Assembly (NCBI RefSeq): GCF_004010195.1
Contig: NW_025215381.1
Location: 752,958 to 772,957 of the forward strand
DNA length: 20,000 nt
Source of the DNA: Chiloscyllium plagiosum
Lineage: Eukaryota
Reading direction: 5' to 3'
Shown: positions 11,017 to 20,000 of the stretch, one piece after another
How the letters are laid out: each line of letters opens with the position of its first letter
Numbering within the stretch: position 1 is the stretch's first letter
Made by a program: the position numbers and the translations under genes
The notes under the pieces: generated by a model
Seen by the model: only the letters and a program-made list of their open reading frames with translations
Databases searched by the model: none
Told to the model about the DNA's origin: nothing

Positions 11017-11050
11017 CTGATGAACAAATACATCCTGTTGTGTGTCGTGC
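11017..11050 (-). CDS. ybx2: Y-box protein coding exon 3 (RNP2)
   Basis: 34 bp, tag| acceptor and CAG|GTATGT donor. Encodes (R)HDTQQDVFVHQ. Same 34-bp size as vertebrate YBX exon 3. Confidence 0.96.
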
Positions 11051-12149
11051 CTAGATGGTGTGGGGGTGGGTGGACGGGATGGAAGGAAGGAAAGTAAATA
11101 GTGAACATCTAAACATGGAATTTTATAATGGCATCTTAACATTGGGACCTCAACCAAATGACTATTTAGAGACACCAAGTATGCCAGATGGACTGCACAG
11201 CAAAATCCCACAAATCAAGACCAAACCCATTGTCAATTAAAAAATGTTGATCAGTTATTAGTTGGCTCGATAAACCAGTGATCCTGTTCTTCAGAACAAG
11301 CCATATCATAGCTTAGGAGAGCAGAATACAGCTGCTTCAGCCCAACTGAATGGTAGCAAACAGTTGATCATACTCCCACCTTTTCCCAGCAATACTGCAT
11401 TTGGAATTGCACTGGACAGAGGCCTTGCAGCCCATCAAATCTATACCACCAAATAAAGAATGTAAACCCAGTTTGAAGAATAGCAGGTTCAATTTAGCCA
11501 TCCAAGCAAAGGGACAGCTGGGGGATCTTTGGTACAGCATCTCATTCAAAAAGGCAGCACCAGACAGGGCCAGTCAAGGTAGCATGCTGAAGTCTTTTGG
11601 GGAGGGGCAGGGGTCCTTTTAAAAAAAGGAGGACATTTAACTTTGGGGTGGGAGTCAATTTTGTTCACCACAAGTGATAATAAATAGACAAAATAGAGCA
11701 GGACCAAGGTCAACTGCTGCGGCCAGTCAGGGTGCAGAGAGACATGGAACACAGTAGGGAGTGTCCAAGGAAGGAACATTGATGAACTTTAACCTTAAAT
11801 TTATATCTTAACATTAATTTCATTTAATCATGGCAGTTTACCTTGGGTTACATACTAACTAAATGGTCTTAAACAGGCCAAAACCTCATCACCACAGAAA
11901 CAAAAACCATGCAAACTTGATTTAAAAAGGTGTTATTGTGGCTTCTGAAGTACCAGACATTGATGTTCTAAAATATGAGATAAAACAGGTGTGGTGACAC
12001 TGCAGAACAGCAACATGATTACCAGAGCTTGCAAGGTTTTTACTCAAGGGCAGGTTAAATAAGCGAGCGCTCTCTCTCACTCTCTTTCTTCCCCTCCCCC
12101 CCCCCCCCCCAGTCAAAGTGGTGACTCAATTGAAGTCCTCAATCACTGA

Positions 12150-12480
12150 TTGACCATAAAAGATAGGAGCAGAAGTTAGGCCATTCAGCTCATCAAGTCT
12201 GCTCAAGTAGGGTTGGTTTTTAAAAAACCCAATGTTCTCCACTTTCTCCCTGTAACCTTGGATCTCCTTGACCATCAAGAACTTCATCTTAAATATACAA
12301 GATGACCTGGTCTCCATAGCCCTCTGGCAATGAATCCCACAGATGCACCACTGACAAAAATAGTTTTTCCTCATCTTCATTCTTGCTTTACTTGAAGGCT
12401 GTGCTGTCAGGTCCTACTCACTCCTAGGAATGAAAACACTCTGCTCTGGCCAGTTCATTCAGTATTCTGAAAGTTTCCAC
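12150..12480 (-). mobile_element. Old CR1-type LINE 3' end
   Basis: accataaaagataggagcagaagttaggccattcagc tail and a minus-strand RKNYFCQ..GI..QRAMET-like remnant. Confidence 0.65.
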
Positions 12481-12509
12481 TCCCCAACCTGCAAAGCTGC
12501 ATTAAGTAC

Positions 12510-12916
12510 AGTCCCAGAACCCTTGAGGGGAGGGGGGAGCCGGGAGAGAAAAATGCTCCTCGGAGGCTGCCTGACCTGCTGTGCTTTTCCACCTCATCTA
12601 AACTGTTTCCAGCATCTGCAATCTTCACTTTTGCAGAGTTGATTTTAACCTTACTGTGAATCCTCTTGCAAGGATGCCTACCTTGAAGTTCTCCTTTCTC
12701 CACAAGAATCTGAGTCTCTCACTGCACTCTTTGCTACCTTCTCCCCAGCACCCCCCATTTATCTCTCCACCCTGGAAGCTCCCTGCCTCCATTTCTGAAG
12801 GGCTTTTGCCCGAAACGTCAATTTTCCTGCTCCTCGGATGCTGGCTGACCTGCTGTGCTTTTCCAGCACCAGTAATCTGAACTCTGGTTTCCAGCATCTG
12901 CAGTCCTCACTTTTGC
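12510..12916 (+). mobile_element. Tandem Penelope pLTR relic (family 2): pLTR tail, spacer, pLTR with near-intact hammerhead
   Basis: 12554-12634 repeats at 12828-12916. 12795-12819 reads ctga-agggc tttt gccc gaaacgtc (stem II, GAAA and ACGT palindrome intact, core shortened by 3 nt). Confidence 0.75.
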
Positions 12917-12925
12917 CTATGGATT

Positions 12926-12997
12926 TAATGGCTCATGCCCAAAATGTCATTTCTCCTGTTCCTTGGATGCTGTGCTTTTCCAACACCACATTTTCAG
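12926..12997 (+). mobile_element. Short family-2 pLTR insertion with 9-bp TSD
   Basis: ggctcatgcccaaaatgtc...tgtgcttttccaacaccacattttcag flanked by ctatggatt at 12917-12925 and 12998-13006. Confidence 0.7.
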
Positions 12998-13646
12998 CTA
13001 TGGATTAAAGGGCCCATTTCTGTGCTGGAGGCAAGTCAGTTATTTTTAATGGCCATATTTCCTCACCCAAACGCTCTACTGACAGGAAACCCAAGTGAGT
13101 ATCTTGAAAATTAGCTGGATGGGAGAGTTCTCCCAGAGGCAGAAGGGTGTGGAGCATCAACTGGGGAAGAGAACAAAACCCGAAAGATCAGTTTCCAGGA
13201 ACCCTGATCTGTTAGACCATATCAGCCAGAAAGCAAGCTGAGTGTCAAGGGAAAAATAAAGGGGCTAGCCTAACTCTGCTGTGACTGGGTCAAGTGAACA
13301 CCCAGACAGCAGTAAAGGTCCACTGACATCAAGGACTGCAGCAAATGCTGACTCTGACATCAGACAAGAAGAAATATACCACTTAAATTAAAATAATCTA
13401 AAGGTCCAATTGCATTTTGAAGTAGGCCATTCCAGACTTCTACCATTGCCAATAATTTGACTGAAGGCTGACTCAGATTTTGACTACCCCCTTCATTCCA
13501 AATTACCTCAGCCAATTAGACAGGGCTGAGAGAAAAAAAGCAGTTCCCCTTAACATCCCAAATAAGAGACAAGTCCACACAGAACCTGTCCCCAGCAGCC
13601 TTTGAGAATGGGCAACAGAACCTTGGACTAATGGGAGAAAAGTTAC

Positions 13647-13710
13647 CTTGTGATGAATCCATAGCAATTTCGGACATTAAACCACTTCACCGTACCGAGA
13701 ACGCCCTTAG
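13647..13710 (-). CDS. ybx2: Y-box protein coding exon 2 (CSD start, RNP1)
   Basis: 64 bp, cag| acceptor and AAG|GTAACT donor. Encodes (A)KGVLGTVKWFNVRNCYGFIT(R). Same 64-bp size as vertebrate YBX exon 2. Confidence 0.96.
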
Positions 13711-13899
13711 CTGTGGCATGCAAGAGAGAGCAGGTTAGGATAAAAAAAATTAATCTACGTGGAATATCCCTGAAGGATTACTCAGGCTTATTTCTCTAAA
13801 TATCACTACCTTGACCCCAAAAGCTCATTTCACAAATGCACCCACCCCCCAAAAAGGAACTAAATGAGGCCTGTCACTTGCAGGTTAAGTAGACATGCT

Positions 13900-14336
13900 G
13901 AATAGTGTTTTGTCACCACACTCTAGGAAGGATGTGATTGCACTGAAGTGCAGAGGAGATACAGTAGAACATTGCCTAGGTTGGGATGTTTCATCTATAA
14001 AGAGGGGCATGGATAGGTTAAATAGACAGTCTTTTCCCTGGGTTGGGGGGATGGTTCCAGAGCTAGAGGGCATAGGGCTGAGAGGGGGAAGATAAGAGAC
14101 CTAAGGGGCAACATTTTCACAGAGTAGTATGTGTATTGAATAAGCTGCCAGAGGATGTGTTGGAGGCTGGTACAATTGCAACATTTAAAAGGCACTTGGA
14201 TGGGTATACGAGTAGGAAGGATTTGGAGGGATATGGGCCATGTGCTGGCAGGTGGCACAAGAATGGGTTGGGATATCTGGTCAGCATGGATAGGTCAGAC
14301 AGAAGGGTCTGTTTCTGTGCTGCACATCTGACTCTA
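13900..14336 (+). mobile_element. CR1/HER1-type LINE 3' fragment
   Basis: RGMDRLNRQSF, NKLPEDVLEAGTIATFKRHLDGY and 3' tail. Confidence 0.88.
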
Positions 14337-14440
14337 CAAGTTCAGATAGTTTTCTTTAAACAGAAGGTTGAAAAGCAACCTGATTGAGGTGTACTTTGAA
14401 TTCATTTACCAATTCAGAAATACTAACAAACCCATTAGAG

Positions 14441-14945
14441 TCAGCTGTGGGGCATGGAAACAGACCCTTGGTGGTCTGATTTGTCAGTGTCAGCCAAATA
14501 TCTTAAATTAATCTGGTCTTGTTTGCCAGCACCTGGCCCATGTCCCTCCAAACCCTTCCTATTCATATACCCATCCAAATGCCTTTTAAATGCTGCAATT
14601 ATATCAGCGTCCTCCACTTCCCCTGGCAGCTCATTCCATACACCTACCACCCTCTGAAAAAGTTGCCCCTTAGATCCCTTTTATATCTTTCCCCTGTTGC
14701 TACCCTAAACCTATGCCCTCTAGTTCTGGACTATCCATGCCCGTCAATTCATAAAATGCTATAAAAAGTCACCATAAGCTACTGATGCTCCAGGGAAAAC
14801 AGCCCCAGCCCATTTAGTATATCCCTATAGCTCAAACCCCCTAACCCTAGCAACATCCTTATAAGTCTTTTCTGAACCTTTCAAGTTTTACAGCATCTTT
14901 CCTACAGCAGGGAGACAGTATCCCAGAAGTGGCCTAAACAATGTC
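14441..14945 (-). mobile_element. CR1/HER1-type LINE 3' fragment
   Basis: Minus-strand VGVWNELPGEVEDADIIAAFKRHLDGYMNRKGLEG and 3' tail. Confidence 0.88.
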
Positions 14946-15822
14946 CAGACTCCTCACCCACTGCCAGTGTTATTCTGTTATTGCTCCCTGCATTAGATTC
15001 CAGTTTTCCTCAAAGCCAGAAGACCAATGGATATTGGGCAACTATTTGGGACCCACTTCAATTGTGTTCAAATCCTTCAGACAGGGATTAGAAACTAAAT
15101 AGTTTAACCCTTTGAAGATAATTGCAGACATTAACGCACCAATAACCTAGTAAGGGTGGCAATTAGTTAGTATGCAACACAAATTATACCTACTCACATC
15201 AGCCGTCACAGAGAGAGTAACTTAAAAAGGGGAGAAATTGAGGTTTAACCATTAAGATTTAGGGGGAGAAGCTAATCGAGTAGAGTAAGGGCGGATGATA
15301 ATACAAACATCTCAAAATATAGTCATGCATCACAGCCTCCTTTATAAGGAAATCAAAACTTAGACTCCGGGTAACTCAGTATTTTCCCCCAACAGGCGGA
15401 CCCTTGAAGGAGAGTGGAGTGTCCTTTACAGAGAGGGAGGGAGCATACCACGAGCGAAACAACAAATCAAAGTTCATCTTAGTCAGAGCGCCACCAGCAC
15501 GCTGAAAACAACCAGGATTTCAAACGCTGTAAACACAGATACAGCATTTTAAAAAGCAATTTAAAAGGATGGATTGAAAGAAAATTAACGTGACCTTAAG
15601 GCAAATTATTTAAGTTATAAAAGTCTGCATGCCTCAAAAATCTTAAAAGTGCATTTTAAAAAAATAGTATGCTAAAATAAAAAGCGATCTTTCAACACAC
15701 AAATATTTAGATTGCCAGTTGGCAAACCTCCAATGCGGGATTGAATTATGATCGTTCCCATTCAGCAGGGTGGGAGTTAGGGAGGGGACAGAACACAGCT
15801 TTCCGCTCCGTACATTTCATAC

Positions 15823-15874
15823 CGAGGACTTTCTTTTCCACGGCATTGGGGGAACCACTCTCCGCCTCACTCAT
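15823..15874 (-). CDS. ybx2: Y-box protein (YBX2/FRGY2-like) coding exon 1
   Basis: ATG at 15874 (gcaATGA, purine at -3) reads MSEAESGSPNAVEKKVL+G, then donor G|GTATGA. The phase-1 junction joins exon 2 to give KKVLA. MSEAE and KKVLA match vertebrate Y-box N-termini. Confidence 0.88.
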
Positions 15875-15989
15875 TGCGATTGTCCCGGTGGCAAGTTCTG
15901 GGAGCCGGGTGCCCTCCTCTGTCCACTCACTCACTCCTTGCTCCCTCCCTCCCTTCCTCGAGCTCTCTCGCCCCCTTTAGGAACCCACC

Positions 15990-16180
15990 TTTAAGGAATT
16001 CCGAAACTTTTGCGGCAACTTTTAAAGTCCCCCGGAGGGAGGGGCGGGTTCCCATGGTCGCGCTCCTATTGGCCGTCCTGAAATTAACTCGCTGTCTCCC
16101 ATTGGCGGAATCCGCCCACCGGGAAAAAAGCCGTCCATTTCAAATAAGACATTCAAACAAAACAGAGATTGGTTCAAATT
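15990..16180 (-). promoter_or_regulatory. Putative ybx2-like core promoter
   Basis: Locally CpG-rich. CCAAT boxes (ATTGG on +) at 16068, 16101 and 16168. GC boxes GGGGCGGG (16041) and CCGCCC (16112). TTTGAA on the minus strand at about 16139, 16152 and 16173. TTTAAAA at about 16020-16026. Lies directly upstream of exon 1. Confidence 0.7.
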
Positions 16181-16223
16181 GCACTCCCCATCTTCACTCA
16201 CTCAGGTTGACAGTCCGGTTTGG

Positions 16224-16337
16224 TGGGATATGGACCGGGTGCTGGCAGGTTGGACTAGATTGGGTTGGGATATCTGGTCAGCATGGACGGGTTGGACCGA
16301 AGGGTCTGTTTCTGTGCTGTACATCTCTATGACTCTA
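16224..16337 (+). mobile_element. CR1/HER1-type 3' tail fragment
   Basis: gggatatggaccgggtgctggcagg...ctgtacatctctatgactcta matches 9777-9890. Confidence 0.85.
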
Positions 16338-16430
16338 ACTCACCAAACTCTCAAATTCTCCGATGCTCGTCCGACTGTACTAGCCAGACCTACCAGCTCT
16401 ATCACCTGGAAATGCAAGTGCAGCAGTTAC

Positions 16431-16608
16431 CTGGTCTCCCTGTCATAGGAAGGATGTCGTGAAACTTGAAAGGGTTCAGAAAAGATTTACAAGGATGTTG
16501 CCAGGGTTGGAGGATTTGTGCTACAGGGAGAGGCTGAACAGGCTGGGGCTGGTTTTCCTGGAGCGTTGGACGCTGAGGGGTGACCTTATAGAGATTTATA
16601 AAATCATG
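16431..16608 (+). mobile_element. CR1/HER1-type RT fragment truncated by the Penelope pLTR
   Basis: KLERVQKRFTRMLPGLEDLCYRERLNRLGLVFLERWTLRGDLIEIYKIM then abrupt switch to pLTR sequence. Confidence 0.88.
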
Positions 16609-17053
16609 ACACAACACCAGGTTATAGTCCAACAGGTTTAATTGGAAGCACACTAGCTTTCAGAGCGTCGCTCCATCATCAGGTGATAGTGGAGAGCTCA
16701 ATCCTAACACAGAATTTATAGCAAAAATTTACAGTGGGATGTAACTGAAATTATACATTGAAAAATTGATTGTCTGTTGAGCCTTTCATCTGTTTGATTA
16801 CCATGACAGTTTCACTTCTTTCATGTGTAAATCACAAAGCTTTTTTTTAAAAATTGCATTCTCAGGTTAGCTGTTAACAATGGTGATAGCTAGACAATAT
16901 GTTGAAGGTGTTAGCCCCCTGTGTTCTCTGTCTATGCCATGATGTTTAAATTGATTCTAATCTAAAAAGTGAGATAACTGAGTTTTACATAAATTCATGC
17001 AGCTTTTGAGCTGAGTTCTACATGAATGCATGCAGTTTTTGAGCAAAGTACAA
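16609..17053 (-). repeat. 3' pseudo-LTR of the Penelope-like element
   Basis: 16609-~16915 aligns colinearly, with scattered substitutions and indels, to 19690-20000. Confidence 0.9.
16651..16685 (-). ncRNA. Minimal type-I hammerhead ribozyme in the 3' pLTR
   Basis: Minus strand reads CAC CTGATGA T GGAGC GAC GCTCT GAA AGCT A GTG. Core intact, and the stem II change gives a G-U wobble. Confidence 0.8.
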
Positions 17054-17553
17054 NNNNNNNNNNNNNNNNNNNNNNNNNNNNNNNNNNNNNNNNNNNNNNN
17101 NNNNNNNNNNNNNNNNNNNNNNNNNNNNNNNNNNNNNNNNNNNNNNNNNNNNNNNNNNNNNNNNNNNNNNNNNNNNNNNNNNNNNNNNNNNNNNNNNNNN
17201 NNNNNNNNNNNNNNNNNNNNNNNNNNNNNNNNNNNNNNNNNNNNNNNNNNNNNNNNNNNNNNNNNNNNNNNNNNNNNNNNNNNNNNNNNNNNNNNNNNNN
17301 NNNNNNNNNNNNNNNNNNNNNNNNNNNNNNNNNNNNNNNNNNNNNNNNNNNNNNNNNNNNNNNNNNNNNNNNNNNNNNNNNNNNNNNNNNNNNNNNNNNN
17401 NNNNNNNNNNNNNNNNNNNNNNNNNNNNNNNNNNNNNNNNNNNNNNNNNNNNNNNNNNNNNNNNNNNNNNNNNNNNNNNNNNNNNNNNNNNNNNNNNNNN
17501 NNNNNNNNNNNNNNNNNNNNNNNNNNNNNNNNNNNNNNNNNNNNNNNNNNNNN
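17054..17553. other. Assembly gap (500 N)
   Basis: Run of N. Confidence 1.
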
Positions 17554-19544
17554 AATGATGTGTTTGAGGTTTGGCAGTTGTTTAAAGGCAAGTAGTGGAG
17601 GTGTGGGGAAGGTCTTGGCGAGGTGCTCATCCTCATTGATAATGTGTTGCAGGTCACGAAGAACATGGCATAATTTTTCAGCTCCTGGGAAATACTGAAC
17701 AACAAAGGGTACCCTGTCGGTTGCAGCTCAAGTCTGTCTCCTGAGGAGGTCATTACAGTTTCTTGCTGTGGCACGTCGGAACTGGCGATCGATGAGTTGG
17801 GCATTGTATCCCTTTCTTGTGAGGGCATCCCTGAGTACTTCCAGGTGTCCGTCATGTTCCTCCTCATCTGAGCAAATCCAGTGTATGCATAGGGCTTGTC
17901 CATAGGGGATGGCTGTTTTAATATGTTTTGGGTGGAAGCTGGAGAAGTGTAGCATTGTGAGATTGTCTGTGGGTTTGCAGTAGAGTGTGGTTCTGAGGTG
18001 TCCATCCTTGATAGAGATGCATGTGTCCAAGAATGAGACAGATAGTTGAGAGTAGTCCATGGTGAGCTTGATGGTGGGATGAAACTTGTTGATGCCACTG
18101 TGTAGTTTTATCAGTGATGCCTCACCATGGGTCCAGAGGAAGAAAATGTCATCAATGTACCTGGTGTACAATGTTGGTTGGAGATCCTGCATAGAGAAGA
18201 AGTCTTGTTCGAACCTGTGCATAAAAATGTTGGCAAACTGGGGTGCAAATTTGGTCCCCATGGCTGTTCCATGTGTCTGGATGAAGAACTGGTTGTCAAA
18301 GGTGAAGACGTTGTGACCAAGAATAAAACAGATGAGTTGTAGGATGGTGTTTGGAGATTGGAAGTTGTTGGTCTTGAGTACTGAGGCTGTTGCCGCGATG
18401 CCGTCATTGTGGGGGATGCTGGTGTAGCGCGCGGAAACGTCCATTGTGATGAGGAATGTTCCCAGTTCGACTGGTCCATGGGTGCTGAGTTTCTGTAAGA
18501 AATCCGTAGTGTCGCGACAGAAGCTGGGATCCCCTGAACAATAGGTTTCAAGATGCCTTCCACATAGCCGGAGAGATTCTCACATAGGGTCCCATTGCCC
18601 GACACAATGGGACGTCCTGGTGTGTTGGCTTTGTGTACCTTTGGAAGGCAGTAAAAGTCGCCTACACGAGAAGTACGTGGGATGAGGGTGCGTAGGGAAC
18701 TCTGAAGGACTGGATCCAAAGTTCTGATCAGTGTGTTTAATTCACGGGTGTGTTCTTTAGTCGGATCAGCTGGTAGTTGCCTGTAGTGTTCCTGGTTGTT
18801 CAGTTGTCGGTCCAGGGCAGTGGCCCTCCGGTGGGGTCCATGTTGACACCTTCTTTAATTGCTCCTCTACAGATCCCTGTGATGACTGTTTCAGTTCATC
18901 AGTGGGCTCAGTGGGATCACTGCTGGCACCTTGAAAGAATTCCCGGAGTCTCACTTGTCTGATGAACTCCTCCATGTCTGCTGCAAGAACCAATGGGTCC
19001 ATTTTGGTGGTGGGGCAGAAGTTGAGACCCCTACTCAGGACTTCAGTCTCTTCCAGTTGAAGGGTGTGGTCCGATAAGTTGACAATAGACTTCCCCGCAG
19101 TGATAATGTTGTCTACTGTGGTTCCAGGGCGGGCTTTGCTATTACTGGTGAGAATGCCAAGTTTCTCCAGTTTTTGTTCTTGGCGTGCATGTACGTGGTG
19201 TAGTTTTCTCGCCTTGTCTGTTTGGCAATGTCGTCTAATTGTACTGATGTATCCTGTGTGCGGGCTGTGAGTGTGGACTCCATCTGAATGTCAAGGTTGT
19301 GGCGCCTGCTGTAGAGTTGGTGCATGAGATAATTGAGGAGTTTACGAGAGGGGCGGTGGGAAAGTCTCTCTGCGTAATCTCTGTTGTAGGCCGACTTAAG
19401 TGGGTTCGTGATCCGTAATCCTTTTGGGATCTTTCCTGCTTGCCTGCATTCCTGCAGAATTTTGATGTCTGTGTCGATATGAATGATCTTCTTGGAGATC
19501 CTCTTCACTTTAAGCTGGTTGTTAGTGGTATCAATAGTAGTCAG
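17554..19544 (-). pseudogene. Disrupted Penelope-like reverse transcriptase ORF (GIY-YIG endonuclease expected in the N-gap)
   Basis: Frameshifts near 19173 and 18530, apparent internal deletion near 18810 (WTPPEGHCPG joins RQLNNQEHY, with no ADKG motif), in-frame TGA at 17728-17730, and CTG where a start codon is expected (19544). Confidence 0.88.
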
Positions 19545-19665
19545 GATTTGGAGATGCCGGTGTTGGATGTGTCGATATGAATGATCTTCTTGGAGATCCT
19601 CTTCACTTTAAGCTGGTTGTTAGTGGTATCAATAGTAGTCAGGATTTGGAGATGCCGGTGTTGGA
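19470..19665. repeat. Exact 98-bp tandem duplication
   Basis: 19470-19567 (tgtgtcgatat...gtgttgga) is repeated at 19568-19665. Confidence 0.95.
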
Positions 19666-20000
19666 TTGGGGTGTACAAAGTTAAAAATCACACAACACCA
19701 GGTTATAGTCCAACAGGTTTAATTGGAAGCACACTAGCTTTCGGAGCGTCGCTCCTTCATCAGGTGTTAGTGGAGGGCTCAGTCTTAACACACAGAATTT
19801 ATAGCAAAACTTTACAGTGTGAACGTAACTGAAATTATACATTGAAAAATTGATTGTCTGTTGAGTCTTTCATTTGTTTGAATACCATGATAGTTTCACT
19901 TCTTTCATGTGTAAATCACAACACCTTTTTTTAAAAGTTGCATTCTCAGGTAAGCTGTTAACAATGGGTGATAGCTAGACAATATGTTGAAGGTGTTGGC
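19645..20000 (-). repeat. 5' pseudo-LTR of the Penelope-like element (partial)
   Basis: Direct repeat of 16609 onward, and runs straight into the ORF start region. Confidence 0.9.
19731..19767 (-). ncRNA. Minimal type-I hammerhead ribozyme in the 5' pLTR
   Basis: Minus strand reads ACAC CTGATGA A GGAGC GAC GCTCC GAA AGCT A GTGT. Stem I is ACAC/GTGT, the core is CUGAUGA...GAAA, stem II is GGAGC/GCTCC, stem III is the palindrome AGCT, and the predicted cleavage triplet is CUA. Confidence 0.85.

Larger units (their letters stand above)
16609..20000 (-). mobile_element. Penelope-like retroelement (Neptune-like), partial tandem structure pLTR-ORF-pLTR, extends beyond the window
   Basis: RT motifs FYCLPKVHK/GRPIVS, MDVSARYTSIP, GTAMG..AP.FAN, RYIDD and SFLD, plus N-terminal IPKGL and IVNLS..LSRGLNFCP. 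Flanked by direct repeats (16609-~16915 vs 19690-20000) that carry hammerhead cores. Confidence 0.93.

Noticed and set aside
12069..12110. CT-rich tract and C15 run (G-run on the pre-mRNA strand)
   Set aside because: Simple low-complexity repeat with no supporting evidence of function.
15884..15893. In-frame GCCACC Kozak-like hexamer upstream of the ATG
   Set aside because: It is followed by GGG, which is not a plausible initiation codon, so it is likely chance.
15874..16332. 152-aa plus-strand ORF, considered as a divergent gene
   Set aside because: No recognisable domain. It spans the GC-rich promoter and ends in a CR1 tail.
16995..18098. 367-aa and overlapping ORFs across the second gap
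   Set aside because: N-gap artefacts and off-frame translation of the Penelope RT.
1..20000. Prokaryotic systems (CRISPR array, retron, operon)
   Set aside because: No regularly spaced repeats or operon-like gene density. The RT sequences are eukaryotic CR1 and Penelope types.

Overview
Eukaryotic, repeat-rich genomic DNA, most likely from a cartilaginous fish (inferred from an HE1-type V-SINE and HER1/CR1-type LINEs). The ORF track misses the main gene, a spliced Y-box cold-shock-domain gene on the minus strand, most similar to germline YBX2/FRGY2. Coding exons 1-5 lie at 15874-15823, 13710-13647, 11050-11017, 6028-5939 (or 5933) and 730-611, and the gene likely continues beyond the left edge. 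They splice to [80 protein letters not shown](AE)TVEAANVTGPGGVPVKGSPYAPNRRRFRRGFVRRQARVAQ. The cold-shock domain is unusually divergent and the N-terminal domain is very short. A compact CCAAT/GC-box/CHR-like promoter sits at about 16.0-16.2 kb. Upstream is a decayed Penelope-like retroelement with tandem pseudo-LTRs, each carrying a minimal hammerhead ribozyme. The introns contain CR1 fragments, a SINE, a probable solo LTR and several short Penelope-derived hairpin elements with hammerhead remnants, some with target-site duplications. There are two assembly gaps (2922-3454, 17054-17553).
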